The notes below the pieces were generated by a model, which was given only the letters and a program-made list of their open reading frames with translations, searched no databases and was not told the DNA's origin. 64,000 bases of DNA from positions 36,146,001 through 36,210,000 of the forward strand of contig OX597834.1 of the NCBI GenBank assembly GCA_951406725.2, written 5' to 3'. The translations under genes and the position numbers were made by a program. This DNA is from Octopus vulgaris. Its lineage: Eukaryota. Shown one piece after another: positions 1 through 13,656 of the stretch. How positions within the stretch are numbered: the first letter of the stretch is position 1; each line of letters opens with the position of its first letter.

Positions 1-7
1 ATATATA

Positions 8-178
8 GGCGCAGGAGTGGCTGTGTAGTAAGTAGCTTGCTAACCAACCGCATGGTTCCGGGTTCAGTCCCACTGCGTGGCATCTTGGGCAAGTGTCTTC
101 TACTAAAGCCCCGGGCCGACCAATGCCTTGGGAGTGGATTTGGTAGACGGAAACTGAAAGAAGCCTGTCGTATATATG

Positions 179-209
<31 letters not shown>

Positions 210-418
210 TTGTGTGTCTGTGTTTGTCCCTCTAGCATTGCTTGACAACCGATGCTGGTGTGTTTACGTCCCCGTCACTTAGCGGTTCGGCAAAACAGAC
301 CGATAGAATAAGTACTGGGCTTACAAAGAATAAGTCCCGGGTCGATTTGCTCGACTAAAGGTGGTGCTCCAGCATGGCCGCAGTCAAATGACTGAAACAA
401 GTAAAAGAGTAAAAGAGT
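8..418 (+). mobile_element. tRNA-derived SINE, family A (CORE-like segment, internal microsatellite)
   Basis: A-box/B-box head (TGGCTGTGTAGTAAG..GGTTCAGTCCC), ATCTTGGGCAAGTG segment, (AAAAGAGT)n tail; many copies in the window. Confidence 0.8.
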
Positions 419-439
419 ATATAAAATAATAGATAACTT

Positions 440-1616
440 TAGTTATCAAAAAATGCTATGTGGATAAAAATAAACCTTCTTTTCTATAATGTTATTCAAT
501 AAAGCCACCTTCAGCTTCAACAACTGCTTCTGTATGAGATCTAAATCATCTACATGTTTGAATCAAGTGGTCCTGGTTCATTTTAGACATTACTCTGACT
601 ATGGCAGCTTTCAAAGAATCTTTGGTGTTATGGGCATGTTCATTGACCTCTCTCTCAACAATGCGCCACATGTAATAGTTTAATGGATTGCGATCTGGGG
701 AATTAGGAGGATAAATGTTAGGGGTTATGGGATCACGAAATTTTCAGCCATCCATTTTTGTGTTACTAGAGCCATGTGTAACAGTGCAGAGTCTTTCTGA
801 GACACATATGGCCTTCCATTGCATACACTGTTTATCCAGGTCTTAACACTTATTTTCAGTCCCTCAGTGTAGCCGGCAGAGTTAACTCTAAGGTCTTGTA
901 GAACGAAGTAAGGAGGTACCACATGTCCTTCATTACTGACAACCCCTAAAACCATGGGAGTTACAGGAAATTTTGTATGCATAACTTTTGAGAGGGTTTG
1001 CACATAACCATCTGTTATTTCTTCTGTTAACTTTTTGATCTTAGTCGACATTTTTCTCGTTTGAGAAAAACCAAATCAAGTCTGCTGGATTTTTCTGTTC
1101 ATTTAAGAACCTTTTAGATCTGATGTAGTGATTTGGGTTTGCTTTTTCGGACAAATTGACCTTTCCACATCATATAAGACTTATATCTGATATCTTCATG
1201 GACAACATTTCTGACTGTTCTTTCTGACACATGAAGATCTTTTGCAATTGACCTCATGAACTTTCTAGGACTGTAATCAATGGTCTGTTGAACTTGTTGG
1301 ATAAATTAAGGTGTTCTGATGATTTCAGAACGTTTAGAATGCTTTTTATGCTTTGATACTAGTGATACGTTTCTATCCTCAGTATCTAACTCCTTATAAA
1401 CTTTGTAGACGAAAGATCTGGGAACTTTTAAAAATCGAGATATTTTTAAATCGCTATGCTCAGCCTTTATAACCACAATAACAGCATACCTCTTCATTTG
1501 TTGAGTAAGCTGAGGTTCTGCCATTATTATTTTTTTAAACAAACATTATACAGAGTAAGCAAAAAATGCAGCAATGACCTACAAAATGTATGTCCTCAAA
1601 TACTTTACACACCCTG
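440..1616 (-). mobile_element. Degenerate Tc1/mariner-superfamily DNA transposon
   Basis: Minus-strand fragments with HTH-like ISRFLKVPRSFVYKV and DDE-region MVLGVVSNEGHV..YVSQKDSA..H; ends ..CACCCTG|TA. Left boundary approximate. Confidence 0.7.
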
Positions 1617-1622
1617 TATATA

Positions 1623-2154
1623 CAGGGTGCGGTGAATTAACTATCGTCTAAATTATACAAAAATGAAAATAACACTGACATCTCATTTAACAGACGTATT
1701 TACCAAAATTACATAAAAATATCTTGAAACAATAAAGAGTAAATTTGTTCAGTAAAATTACCATTGGCTTCAACCACGGTCTCCAGACGACTTCGGAATC
1801 TCCTAAAACTCTTCTGGATGGTCTCTCTGTTTAAGTTGGTGAATGCTGCCATAATCCTTGCCTTCAGTTCATCTTTGGTGTTACAAGGAATTTTGTTGGT
1901 CTTTCACTCAACTGCACCCCACACATAATAATCAAGGAGGTTGCAGTCTGGAGAGTTAGGTGGCCAGATTTTAGGGGTGATGTGGTCACAGAAATTGTCT
2001 GACAGCCATGACTGGGTTCTCCTGCTTGTGTGGCATGGGGCAGAGTCGTATTACCAGGCATAGGGTCTTCCAGCAGCCCCCCTCTTGACCCCCACCAGGC
2101 GCTTCATGGAGGCCTGAAATTAAAATTATGAAATGGTAACAATTTAGCTATCCT
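1623..2154 (-). mobile_element. Internally deleted Tc1/mariner element
   Basis: TA|CAGGGTG.. and ..CCTG|TA ends; minus strand encodes WPPNSPDCNLLDYYVW (the WPxxSPDLNPxD motif). Confidence 0.7.
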
Positions 2155-2865
2155 GTATAAATGCATAGGTGTGTACCCCCAAGCACACGTGTGTGAGTGT
2201 CTGTGTGTGTTGTTAGTGTGTGTGTGAGCGTGTTTGTCTATGTGTGTAAGTGTACTACGCTTATATGTGTGTGTTTAATATTCTGCTTCATTATCTCATC
2301 CATATTCTGTTTTATTACGAAATTGCATTTTTAGCGAAGAAAAGTTCCATCTTTTATTTGTTTTTGCGAATCCTAGTTTCTTTAGTCTTTTCTTTCTTTT
2401 TCGTTTTCTTTCCGTTATCTTTGTATATGTTTGTGCGTGTGTGTATGCAAGTGTTATGTGTGCTGCGTGTGTGCGCACGCGTGAGTCTGACTGTGAGGTT
2501 AAGGTGGTTAATGGTATTGCCCTATACGAAAATATATCCAGGGTGCGGCAGAAAAGCCTACAATAATCTACACTGTGTCGAATATAGAATATGGGAGATG
2601 GTTTTTTTTGCAGCATCCAGTACTTGATTGTCTTCTCACAGTAGATTTGTTTTATAGCTGACATTTCTATGTAAGGCAATATATTTTGATAAGAGACCCC
2701 AATTACTTTAACTGCTCACAAACATCCGTTTAACGAGGTTAGAGAACACAAACAAGGTAAGTGTGGAAGGGAAGAAAAACAAGGAAAATAAAATTATTTC
2801 AAAGATTTTGACTGGACCCTCTTTTTCTCTTTCCCCTTCTCAGTGCCTCACTCCTCCACCACAGC

Positions 2866-2917
<52 letters not shown>

Positions 2918-3329
2918 TTGTCTAATTTTGTGATCCTCTCGTTGCTTTATTTATCATGCGAAAAAAAAAGCCGTCGGCTTGTTTGCCATCTGAAAACCAT
3001 AATAATTCAACACCAGATCAAGAGAATTTATTCTGACGTAAGTTCGTCGGGCGAACAAGGCTAACAGGGATATGTGAGAATCACAAACGGTGGAGCGAAA
3101 TTCGGTCGATCGCAGCCGAAATAGTAGCTGCCATAGATATAATTTATGCGTAGAGGCTGAAATAAATTAAATGATACTAAACTGTATCACATGTTGTTTT
3201 ATTAATTCGTGTATGTATAAATACAAATTTAGGGAATGGTGTAGGTAAAATCCAGGCTACATATGTTTCATAACTTGCAGAATATCGGAAGTCGTAATTA
3301 CTCAATGAGGGGTACTCCACTAGCTATTC

Positions 3330-4200
3330 ATCAGGCCAAATGTGCGAAGGTTGTCACGGTAATACCTGCTCAGAGGCCAACGCAAAGCTGCAGAAAGTGT
3401 ATGGAGAGGAGTGTATGAGACGCACACAAGTGTACGAGAGGTTCAGACGTTTCCAAGACGGCCGAAAAAATGTTGATATTGACGAAAGTTCTGGGAGACC
3501 TGCAACCTGCAGAGTTGAGTAAAACTTCGCAGATCTGCGTACAGCCGTGAGGGGAAATCGTCGAATCACCATCCATGAGTTATCAGAAGATATCTAGAGT
3601 TAAGTTAAGTTAAGTTAAGTTAATTTTTTGGCTCAAAAAGCAAAAAGCAAGGCCATGTAGGGGGACATGGAGTTACGTACAAGGAGGGTGTTCATGCAAA
3701 GAGTTCAGGCCATTTCTGGTCAAGAGAGGCTTTGAACCGAGCGGTCGTCGGCATCTTCACTATCTCGTCCGGCAGCTTATTCCACGGATCCGCAACCCGG
3801 ACGGAGAAAGCTTAGTTACGATTCAGTTCAGTCGATAATCACTGAAGATTTTGGTATGAGACACGTGTCTGCCAAGTTCGTGCCTAAACTGCTTTCAGCT
3901 GACCTGAAAGACACCCGAGTTTCAGTTGTACAAGATCTCCTTGATTGTGGTCGAGAACGATAAAAACTGCTTGAAAACTTTGCATAGGCTTCTGAGGATG
4001 CATCGCCAAGCTTTTTTGCCAAAATTTGATGCAGATTCTCTGCTCAGCTTTCTCTTTCATGGTCAATGCGGCAATCACACGTTACACACGTTCTTTCGAA
4101 GCACTGCTGTCAATGGCGGAAGTGAGCTGGAATGTTAAAACTTTGTGCGCATGCACAGCAGAGATTAAGGTCAATCTGTGCCAAGCGGTTTTACACTGCG
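3330..4200 (+). mobile_element. Rearranged mariner transposase relic
   Basis: LQKVYGEECMRRTQVYERFRRFQDGRKNVDIDESSGRP is a mariner HTH region; an inverted N-terminal piece (EQRICIKF) lies on the minus strand at ~3960-4080; interrupted by a LINE tail. Confidence 0.7.
3598..3811 (-). mobile_element. CR1/L2-like LINE 3' end inserted in the mariner relic
   Basis: Minus strand reads FSVRVADPWNKLPDEIVKMPTTARFKASLD (CR1 C-terminal motif), then a UTR and (TTAAC)n tail. Confidence 0.7.
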
Positions 4201-4233
4201 TGCTTTATCACGGATACTTACTGATCAGAACAC

Positions 4234-4304
<71 letters not shown>

Positions 4305-4330
4305 CATAATATATATATATATATACATAC

Positions 4331-4379
<49 letters not shown>

Positions 4380-4447
4380 TACATATATATATATATATAT
4401 GTTTACACACGCACATATATATCTACATATACATATGCATACATACA

Positions 4448-4483
<36 letters not shown>

Positions 4484-4775
4484 TATGTTGATATATACAT
4501 ATATAGGCATGCATATATATATACATTATATATATATATAAATATATATATACACTTATCTCTATGTATGCATACATATATATGTATATGTATACATACA
4601 TTTAGAGATACATATACATACGTATACACGCTTTAGTCTGTCTCAGCATCTGTATAACGTCTTCGAGATACTGTGTACATGCAAAGAAAACAGCAAAACA
4701 AAACAAAAATTTGTTCCATTTTATTTTGACAATGAGCCAATTGTCCAAAACATTGATATCTAATATTTGTTTTTC

Positions 4776-4858
<83 letters not shown>

Positions 4859-4961
4859 TTGTACTTACTTTTCCTCCACCAAACTTGCTCACTCTTTCCT
4901 GTTTATGTCGTTGACGCTGATCAAATCTCGGAAAAATAAAAGACACACCCTTCATCTCACT

Positions 4962-5046
<85 letters not shown>

Positions 5047-5898
5047 AGGGGAGGGATATAACATGCAGGAGAGTATCGAATTTCTCTGAGTGAAAAGCCA
5101 AGGCTGGTTCCTTCTGATGGTGCGTGTTTTTGTAATCTTCCTTTAGCTACCATCCGATGTTACAGTTTATTTCTTGGCTACGTAGAGCGTACAGTACAAT
5201 ATTAATAAGGAGAAGGAAGAAATTGAACATTCAAACATTATGTTTATGAATAAACTAACTGGAAATTAACATAAAGTTTGAATGATCAAATTCTTCATTC
5301 TCTTTATGGCTGTGTGGTAAAAAGCTTGCTTCCCCACCACATGGTTCTGGTTTTCGGAGTCGATAAATTAGGTACCAGTCGCGTACTGGAGTCGATCTAA
5401 TAGACTGACCCCCACTCTCCAAAAATTTCGAGCCTTGTACCTAGTGTAGAAAAATATTTAAAGGTGGCGAGCTGGCAGAAATGTTAGCACGCCGGGCGAA
5501 ATGCCTCGCAGTATTTCGTCTGCCGCTACGTTCTGAGTTCAAATTCCGCCGAGGTCGACTTTGCCTTTTATCCTTTCTGGGCCTATTAAATAAGTACCAG
5601 TTACGCACTGGGGTCGATGTATGTATGTATGTGTGTGTGTATGTATATACAGGATGTCCACAAAGCCTTCGGACAATTTCAAAATGTCATTACGAAAACC
5701 TTAGAAGAGGTGGCAACTAAATTTTTGTTGCATATTAATTATTATTAAAGATATTAATAATTTCATTAATGATATTAATGAGATTAATGAAATTAACAGT
5801 TTTCTTAATGTCGCGTTTTTATGCTTCAGTCAATGAAAACTCCCCGTGAAAACACTAGCGTAGCTAGAGTGGTTGTCGCCCGGGGCGACCCTTCAGAC

Positions 5899-5975
<77 letters not shown>

Positions 5976-6857
5976 GACAGAGAAAGAGAAAGAGAGAGAA
6001 TCCTACAAACCGAGGCCTCGAAGGGCAGGTCATCCCCGACCCACATTTATGAATAACACTGAATCTAATGTGTGCATGTGTGTGTGTATGTTTGTGCGTA
6101 TGGGTGTATGTGTGTATATGTTTGTATGTATGTGTATTTGTATGTATGTGTTTGTGTATACTTGTGTGTATGTTTGTGTGTACGGTAACCGAGTTATCAT
6201 GAAGTTGACAAATGCCAGGCCTTTCACCTCAGATAATTGTTTAAAAAAATTGTTGTTTATTTCTGAATAATCTTTTAGCAATATGCATCGCAATTTAAAA
6301 TAATTTCAACGTTTAAAGTCATTTTAATTTCTTTCTTTTATTATAAAGCATGGCAGTCTGCGACTTGTTCCACTTTAGAATTTTACAAACCGAGGCCTCG
6401 AAGGGTCGGTCTTCCCCGACCCACACTTATGAATAACACTGAATCTAATGTGTGCATGTGAATGTGTATGTGTTGTGTGTATGGGTGTATGTGTGTATAT
6501 GTTTGTATGTATGTGTATTTGCATGTATGTGTTTGTGTGTATGGGTGTATGTGCGTATATGTGTGTATGTATGTGTGTAAGTGTGTGTATGTATGTGTAT
6601 ATGTGTATGTAAAGTTGCGCATGTGTGTGTGTGTGTATGTGCGTATATGTGTATGTATGTGTGTATGTGTATGTATGTATGTGTATGTATATATATATAT
6701 ATGTGAGTGTGTGCGTGTGTGTATGTATACGTGTATGTATATATATAGATGTGTGTGTGTGTATGTATGTGTATATGTGTATATAAAGTTGCGCATATGT
6801 GTGTGTGTGTATGTGCGTATATGTGTATGTACGTGTGTATGTGTATGTGTATGTGTA

Positions 6858-6909
<52 letters not shown>

Positions 6910-7299
6910 AGTGTGTGCGTGTGTGTGTGTGTATATGTGTGTGACATTTCACAACCAACAATTGTGGGACCCCTTCCGTCCCCTGTCTGCTTGTTCTTCT
7001 CTTTCTTTTCCCCTGCCAGCCTGTCAGCCAGCCTGTCACTCCATTTCTTCTAATAATTCGCCATTCAGTCTACTACCCCCTTAGTTGTTATTGCTGTTGC
7101 TGTTGTTGTTGCTGTTGCTGTTGTTGTTATAACTGCTGCGAAACTCGTTGGCTCGTCAAGCAATAACTGTTCAACTGGATTTGTTCAAGCTCAGTGTTTC
7201 TCAACCACTCTTTAACCCATGGTCCCTTTTTGATCCCTATTTTAACTCCCGTGGACCCTCATAGCCATTCGATGTCTAAAAATAAAAATCCTATTCAAA

Positions 7300-7368
<69 letters not shown>

Positions 7369-7448
7369 TATATGTATATATATATATGTATATATATATA
7401 TGTATATATTTATGTATATATATATATGTATATATATATGTATATATT

Positions 7449-7491
<43 letters not shown>

Positions 7492-7494
<3 letters not shown>

Positions 7495-7878
7495 CGCAGG
7501 AGTGGCTGTGTGGTAAGTAGCTTGCTAACCAACCACATGGCTCCGGGTTCAGTCCCACTGCGTGGCATCTTGGGCAAGTGTCTTCTGCTATAGCCCTGGG
7601 CCGACCAATGCGTTGTGAGTGGATTTGGTAGACGGAAAATGAAAGAAGCCTGTCGTATATATGTATATATATAGATATATGTATGTGTGTGTGTGTTTGT
7701 GTGTCTGTGTTTGTCCCCCTAGCATTGCTTGACAACCGATGCTGGTGTGTTTACGTCCCCTTCACCTAGCGGTTCGGCAAAAGTGACCGATAGAATAAGT
7801 ACTGGGCTTACAAAGGTGGTGCTTCAGCATGGCCGCAGTCAAATGACTGAAACAAGTAAAAGAGTAAAAAGAGTAAGA

Positions 7879-7880
<2 letters not shown>
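7492..7880 (+). mobile_element. SINE family A copy
   Basis: Near-identical to 8-418 with an internal deletion; embedded in (TA)n. Confidence 0.8.
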
Positions 7881-7925
<45 letters not shown>

Positions 7926-7928
<3 letters not shown>

Positions 7929-8091
7929 GCAAAGTTTACGAAAATAAACAAAAGACGAAGACAGGTGGTGTACAAACAAACAAATGTATTAGTATAGCGC
8001 TCAGGTATAGAAAAAAGTCTTTTACGTTTCGAGCCTACGCTCTTCCACAGAAAGATACACAGAAAAAACAAGGAGAGAAACAAGGAGAGAA

Positions 8092-8176
<85 letters not shown>

Positions 8177-8215
8177 AAAACAGACTGTTAAAATATTTTA
8201 ACAGTCTGTTTTTAT

Positions 8216-8254
<39 letters not shown>

Positions 8255-8320
8255 CATATTTCTCTCCTTGTTTCTCTCCTTGTTTTTTTCTGTGTATCTT
8301 TCTGTGGAAGAGCGTAGGCT
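7926..8320. mobile_element. Penelope-type terminal repeat fragment with inverted partial copy
   Basis: Family repeated at ~12505, ~15800, ~20985 and ~40175; contains a hammerhead-like fold; 8032-8093 is inverted at 8258-8320. Confidence 0.6.
8018..8055 (-). ncRNA. Minimal type I hammerhead-like motif, A6U core
   Basis: UCUUU-CUGUGGA-A-GAGC(GUAG)GCUC-GAA-ACGU-A-AAAGA: helix I, helix II and palindromic helix III. Confidence 0.55.
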
Positions 8321-8921
8321 GATTCATTTCATTCTCAAACTCCCACACACAACATGGACTAAAATCTTCTTAAGAAAAGACGAAGTTACAATAATATCAA
8401 TGTCATGATTAGTGAAAGTGAAACCAGTCGACAAACTCAATACTCTTTCAATTCTAAAATATATTTAAAATATATTAAACTTATGTTAGCTGTGCAGTTT
8501 CCTTCTTTTATTTTGTACATATTGTTTTTGGATCACAATTCACCACGTGGGGATAATCGAAATTCTTCGCCTCCTCCTCTTACTTACTAATTTTTACCAC
8601 ACGTGGAACGGAAAATGCCGCTGAAACCTACCTGAAACGCGCCGGATAAAATTACCAACGAGGACATACTGAAGGAATTAAAAGAAATTAATTCAAATCT
8701 AAGTATTCTAACAAACAAAATCGTTATATTAAATTGCTGCACCCGAAAAGCAACTGAAAATGAGCAGAGAAGACAACTTACAGAGAAAGTTAGTCAAAAT
8801 TTGAACGAACTATTCACAACTATGCACAACACTGAGCTGAATTTTCACAAACAATTTTGAAAAAGAATCATCGCCAAAACACCAAAACCATAATTAAAAT
8901 ATACCTATATCAGCACATTTA

Positions 8922-9252
8922 GTGAGGGCGCGTGGCTTAGTGGTTAGGGCATTCGGCTCATGATCGTAAGGTTGTGAGTTCGATTCCCGGCGACGTGTTG
9001 TGTCCTTGAGCAAGACACTTTATTTCACGTTGCTCCAGTCCACTCAGCTGGCAAAAATGAGTTGTACTTGTATTTCAAAGGGTCAGCCTTGTCACTCTCT
9101 GTGTCACGCTGATTATCCCCGAGAACTACGTTAAGGGTACACGTGTCTGTGGAATGCTCAGCTAGTTGCACGTTAATTTCACGAGCAAGCTGTTCCGTTG
9201 ATCGTATCAGCTGGGACCCTCGTCGTCGTAACCGGCGGAGTCTTTTTTTTTA
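8922..9252 (+). mobile_element. tRNA-derived SINE with target-site duplication
   Basis: A box TGGCTTAGTGG, B box GTTCGATTCC; tail shared with family B; flanked by ATATCAGCACATTTA at 8907 and 9253. Confidence 0.85.
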
Positions 9253-10520
9253 ATATCAGCACATTTAATTAAAAGCCGAATGAGCCATATTTGGTCCAAA
9301 AATCTAAACGCTAGGAAATTTTCATTTTGGAACATGATAAGAAATAATAACAAGGCAGAAATATATGAGAACATGGATGAACTCAACACCATTAATTCTG
9401 CCACGTAAACTACAAATCAAAGCAATCCTAGAAGAGTCCAAACCACAAAAGCAACTTAGGGACAAAATGAAAATAGAGACTGAGTTACTTAGAGCATCGA
9501 ATAACAAAGAAGAATATAAGACCATCGATGAAGAAATGCACACCGAACTCACTAAACATGATGATGGACAACTTTTGGAAAGCGTTATAAAACTATGGAA
9601 AGATAGCTGTGAGCCGGAAGAAATGAATTCCCTTCAACGGTTTAAAAGAGACGACAGTTTAGATAACCCATTTCTGAAAAAATCTGGAAGATAACTGCTC
9701 AAGATGTCACGTAGTGGGACTGAACTCGGAACCATGTGGTTAGGAAGAAAACTTCTTACTACTACACAGCCACACCAGCGCCTATGCGCGCACACACACA
9801 CACAAACATACACACACACACACACACACACACACGCACGCACACGCACACTCAAACATACACACACTCACACATACGATGAGCTTATTTCACACACACA
9901 CGCACGCACACGCACACTCAAACATACACACACTCACACATACGATGAGCTTATTTCAGTTTCTGTCTACCATATCCACGCACAAGATTTTGGTTGGCCC
10001 AAGGCAAGAGTAGAAGACACTTGCGCAAGGCGCCACACCGTGGGACTGAACCGGGAACCATGTGGTTTGGGAGCAAGCTACTTACCACATAACTACGACT
10101 GTAGTTATACACAGATATCTGAAAAGAAAGCTGACACCATTGTTTTTGAAAGATTTGTTTCTTGAGACCTCTGAATGTCATCTGTTGCCAATTAATTAGC
10201 AGAGGTGTCCTGTGCAGTTTTTAATGATTTGAGCACTGCACTAATGAACGCTGTTGTCCTTAGAGATAAAACGGTGTAATGGGAGGTGTGTTGCTCTCTA
10301 TATTGCTCTCTGTTTCCCTACTCTCTCTCTGTATATAGTAATCATCATCGTCATCAGCATTGTTATCACCATAGTTATCATCAACGCCTTTGCCATCCTC
10401 CTCCTCCACTTCATCATCATCATCATCAATAACATTTAAAGTCCGTTTTCTATGCTGGCAAAGGTTAGATGACTTGACAGGAACTGGCAAGGCCAGGGGT
10501 CACACTAGTTTTCATGGTGT

Positions 10521-10564
<44 letters not shown>

Positions 10565-10622
10565 GTGTATACAGACCATGGAACCGTGTGTGTATGTATA
10601 TATTATATATATATATTATACA

Positions 10623-10655
<33 letters not shown>

Positions 10656-10684
10656 ACACACACACATCTATATCTATATCTATA

Positions 10685-10763
<79 letters not shown>

Positions 10764-10887
10764 ATATATATACACGCAATATATTAATAGTAACTGTATG
10801 ACAACAAAAGGATGAATGAAACCTCGATATTATATAAATAGAGGAATTTATCTGTAAATATAATATATGGCAATTATTCGGTTGCCA

Positions 10888-10950
10888 TAACAAAACTCCG
10901 AGTTTCGGATGTCGGGGAGGAAATCTGCTTCAGCATCTCGTCAGTTATTA
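10888..10950 (-). ncRNA. Degenerate minimal hammerhead motif (canonical CUGACGA core)
   Basis: UAAUAA-CUGACGA-GAUG..CAUCC-GAA-ACUCGGAGU-U-UUGUUA; helix II base imperfect. Confidence 0.45.
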
Positions 10951-12035
10951 ACACAAAGCAAAATTGCTATGAAAATAACCGTTAAACAAAGGGAAATTAC
11001 TATGAAGTTGACTGTTATTAAAATCAAACAAAACAGCTATTAGAATGATTGTTAAGTAAAGGGGAAAACCCCAAAAGGGGAGAAGGTAAAAACCGCTCAT
11101 AGGATTCGCGCATGTCCATGCATACACATGCGTGCACGCACACCCACATACATGTGCATATATGCATATGGTTACTCACTCTTACGTGAAACACATACAT
11201 GCACCCCCCCACACACACACCTATATGTATACATATATATGCAACCATACACATGTACACATATACATATCCGCACACATGCACGTATATATACCCATAC
11301 GCGCACGCATATGCTATATATGCATATTTTCATTCCCACTCGCGTGAAACTCATACATGCACACCCACACACCTATATGTATACATATATATGCAATCAT
11401 ACACATGTACACATATACGCACCAGTACACACACACACACACACCACTATATATACCCATACGCGCATAAATATGTTCATATACACTCCGCTACAGGTCT
11501 AAATTCAAGAACTGAACTTTTTGGTTCATGCCCACATATGGCTAAATATTTGCTACGTTTTTGGTCCCCCACCCCCAAGAGCACAGATAGAACCTGCTTT
11601 TTATATTGTGTCCACATACAAGCATTTTATCTCTATATTTTATATATACATGTTTTTACATATTTATATATTTTCATATATTTTTATTGCTTTATATATT
11701 TTTACATATTTTTTCTGTATATTACCTTTCAGCCTGCTTTTTTTGTGCATGTGCGTATATAGACTTCGTACCGAGCACACTCGTACCCGCAATTTTCGAA
11801 CCCAGTACCCTACTTTCGTAACTCCCACCACATTGGTACCTTCTCTCTGCATTTGCGTACCATCACATATTCATAACCCAACCCCTGCCATTCGTAAGTA
11901 CCAGCGCATTCGTGCCGCAAACATTCATTCTCAGCACATTCCTACCCTCACATATTTTAGTCTCCTACATTCGTATCCCTGCCATATTCGTAACCACACA
12001 CACACAGAGTTGTACCTCAATATTTAGGCGTTGGA

Positions 12036-12400
12036 AGGCGGCGAGCTGGCAGAAACGTTAGTACGCCGGGCGAAATGCTTAGCGGTATTTCGTCTGCCGT
12101 TACGTTCTGAGTTCAAATTCCGCCGAGGTCGACTTTGCCTTTCATCCTTTCTGGGTCGATTAAAATAAGTACCAGTTACACACTGGGGTCGATGTAATCG
12201 ACTTAATCCGTTTGTCTGTCCTTGTTTGTCCTCTCTGTGTTTAGCCCCTTGAGGGTAGTAAAGAAATGGGTATTTCGTCTGCCGTTACATTCTGAGTTCA
12301 AATTCCGCCGAGGTCGATTTTGCCTTTTATCCTTTCAGGCTCGATAAATTAAGTACCAGCTGCGTAATGGGGACGATCTAATCGACTGTCCCCACCTAAA
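12036..12400 (+). mobile_element. Composite tRNA-derived SINE, family C (head + tail A + partial head + tail B)
   Basis: AAGGCGGCGAGCTGGCAGAA head, GTTCAAATTCC B box, internal ~180-nt duplication; the same architecture occurs at ~24930, ~48525, ~51310 (-) and ~56057. Confidence 0.8.
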
Positions 12401-13371
12401 ATAACTTCGTGGTAAGAAGTTCACTTCCCAACTACAAGGTTCTGGGTTCAGCTCCACGTCCGGGCATCCCGGCACCTTGGGCAAACTGTCTTCTACTTCT
12501 ACCTCTCTCAGTTTTTTTTTCCTTCTATCTTCAATTTTATTCCTCTCAATCCTTTCTGTCGAAGAGCATAGGCTTGAAACTTTAAAGACTTGTCAATTCT
12601 TCTGAAGCGTCAAATTAATACACTTGCTCCTACACCTGTCTTCATCTTTTGCTTTTAGTAAATTCCAACTATATCTGCTACTATAGCTTCGGTCCGACCA
12701 AAGACTTTTGATTGGATTTGGTAGATGGAAACTGTATAAAGCCTGTCGTATATATTCATATTTATGTATATATTTTTTGCCCTCTACCGCTGCTTTACAG
12801 CCGGTGTTGGTATGTTTACGTCCCTACAACCCTGTGATTCGGTAGAAAGAGACCGATTGTACAAGGCTCGACTAAAATTCTTTGAGTCAGTGCCCCAGTA
12901 CGGCCGCAGTCTAAAGACCAGATCACTTAAAAGATAACAGATGCACGTATCTTGATGATGCCCCCTACTCCCATTCGCACGTCACACACTCGTACACCCC
13001 GAGATATTCACCTTGTACCCACCCCCACACACTCGTACCAAAAGTACGTATCCGTACCTCACCCCGACTTGATACATATCTCAGTTGCCGATAAACCCGG
13101 ATTTCTCAGTCTATTTTAAAACCGAGGTGAGTAACCTCACACCTTTTCGTCTCCAACCACCACCACCCCCACACACATTCGTATCCACAAACCGTACCCC
13201 TGTCACATTCGCACCCTCCGCCAATGCACCCCCATCCAGCTGCCACTCATTCGTGTCTCCACACATAAGTAGCTTCCCCACTCGCATACATTTTCCTCTC
13301 ACCTACCCCATACATTGGTACCTACATGCACGCAGGAAAATCAGAGACCACCTCTTACGATAAAGCTGCAA

Positions 13372-13379
13372 TATAAAAG
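13372..13379 (+). promoter_or_regulatory. Candidate TATA box of gene 1
   Basis: TATAAAAG about 150 nt upstream of the ATG and just upstream of the block conserved with gene 2; motif match only. Confidence 0.3.
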
Positions 13380-13520
13380 AGGTCGACGATAATAAAATGC
13401 ATGCAATTATCTACACAGAACAGTCTTTATCTACAGAGTGTTAACAGAGATTTGCATGTAGTGTTTACACATTGTTTTGCGAGCTGTTCTGGACATTACA
13501 TCTAAGAGAGCTTCCAAAAA

Positions 13521-13605
13521 ATGGCGATCTTCACGCTTAGAATATTTACATTCGGTGCAGTGTCCCTGTTTGTGTTAGGATTTCTTCCACATCGAGTACT
13601 CACGG
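13521..13605 (+). CDS. Gene 1 (nAChR alpha-like Cys-loop receptor subunit), exon 1 of 8: signal peptide
   Basis: AAAATGG start; translates MAIFTLRIFTFGAVSLFVLGFLPHRVLT (hydrophobic signal-like); GTAAGT donor at 13606, phase 1 fits exon 2; close paralogous exon at 55085. Confidence 0.85.
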
Positions 13606-13656
13606 GTAAGTGAAATGCTAATGAATTCTTTATAATCTGTCAACCAAACACTACAT

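Noticed and set aside
9365-9694. 109-aa charged ORF (ILPRKLQIKAILEES..)
   Set aside because: No splice context or recognisable domain, and interrupted by SINEs. Possibly a decayed retroelement N-terminal region, but I cannot support a call.
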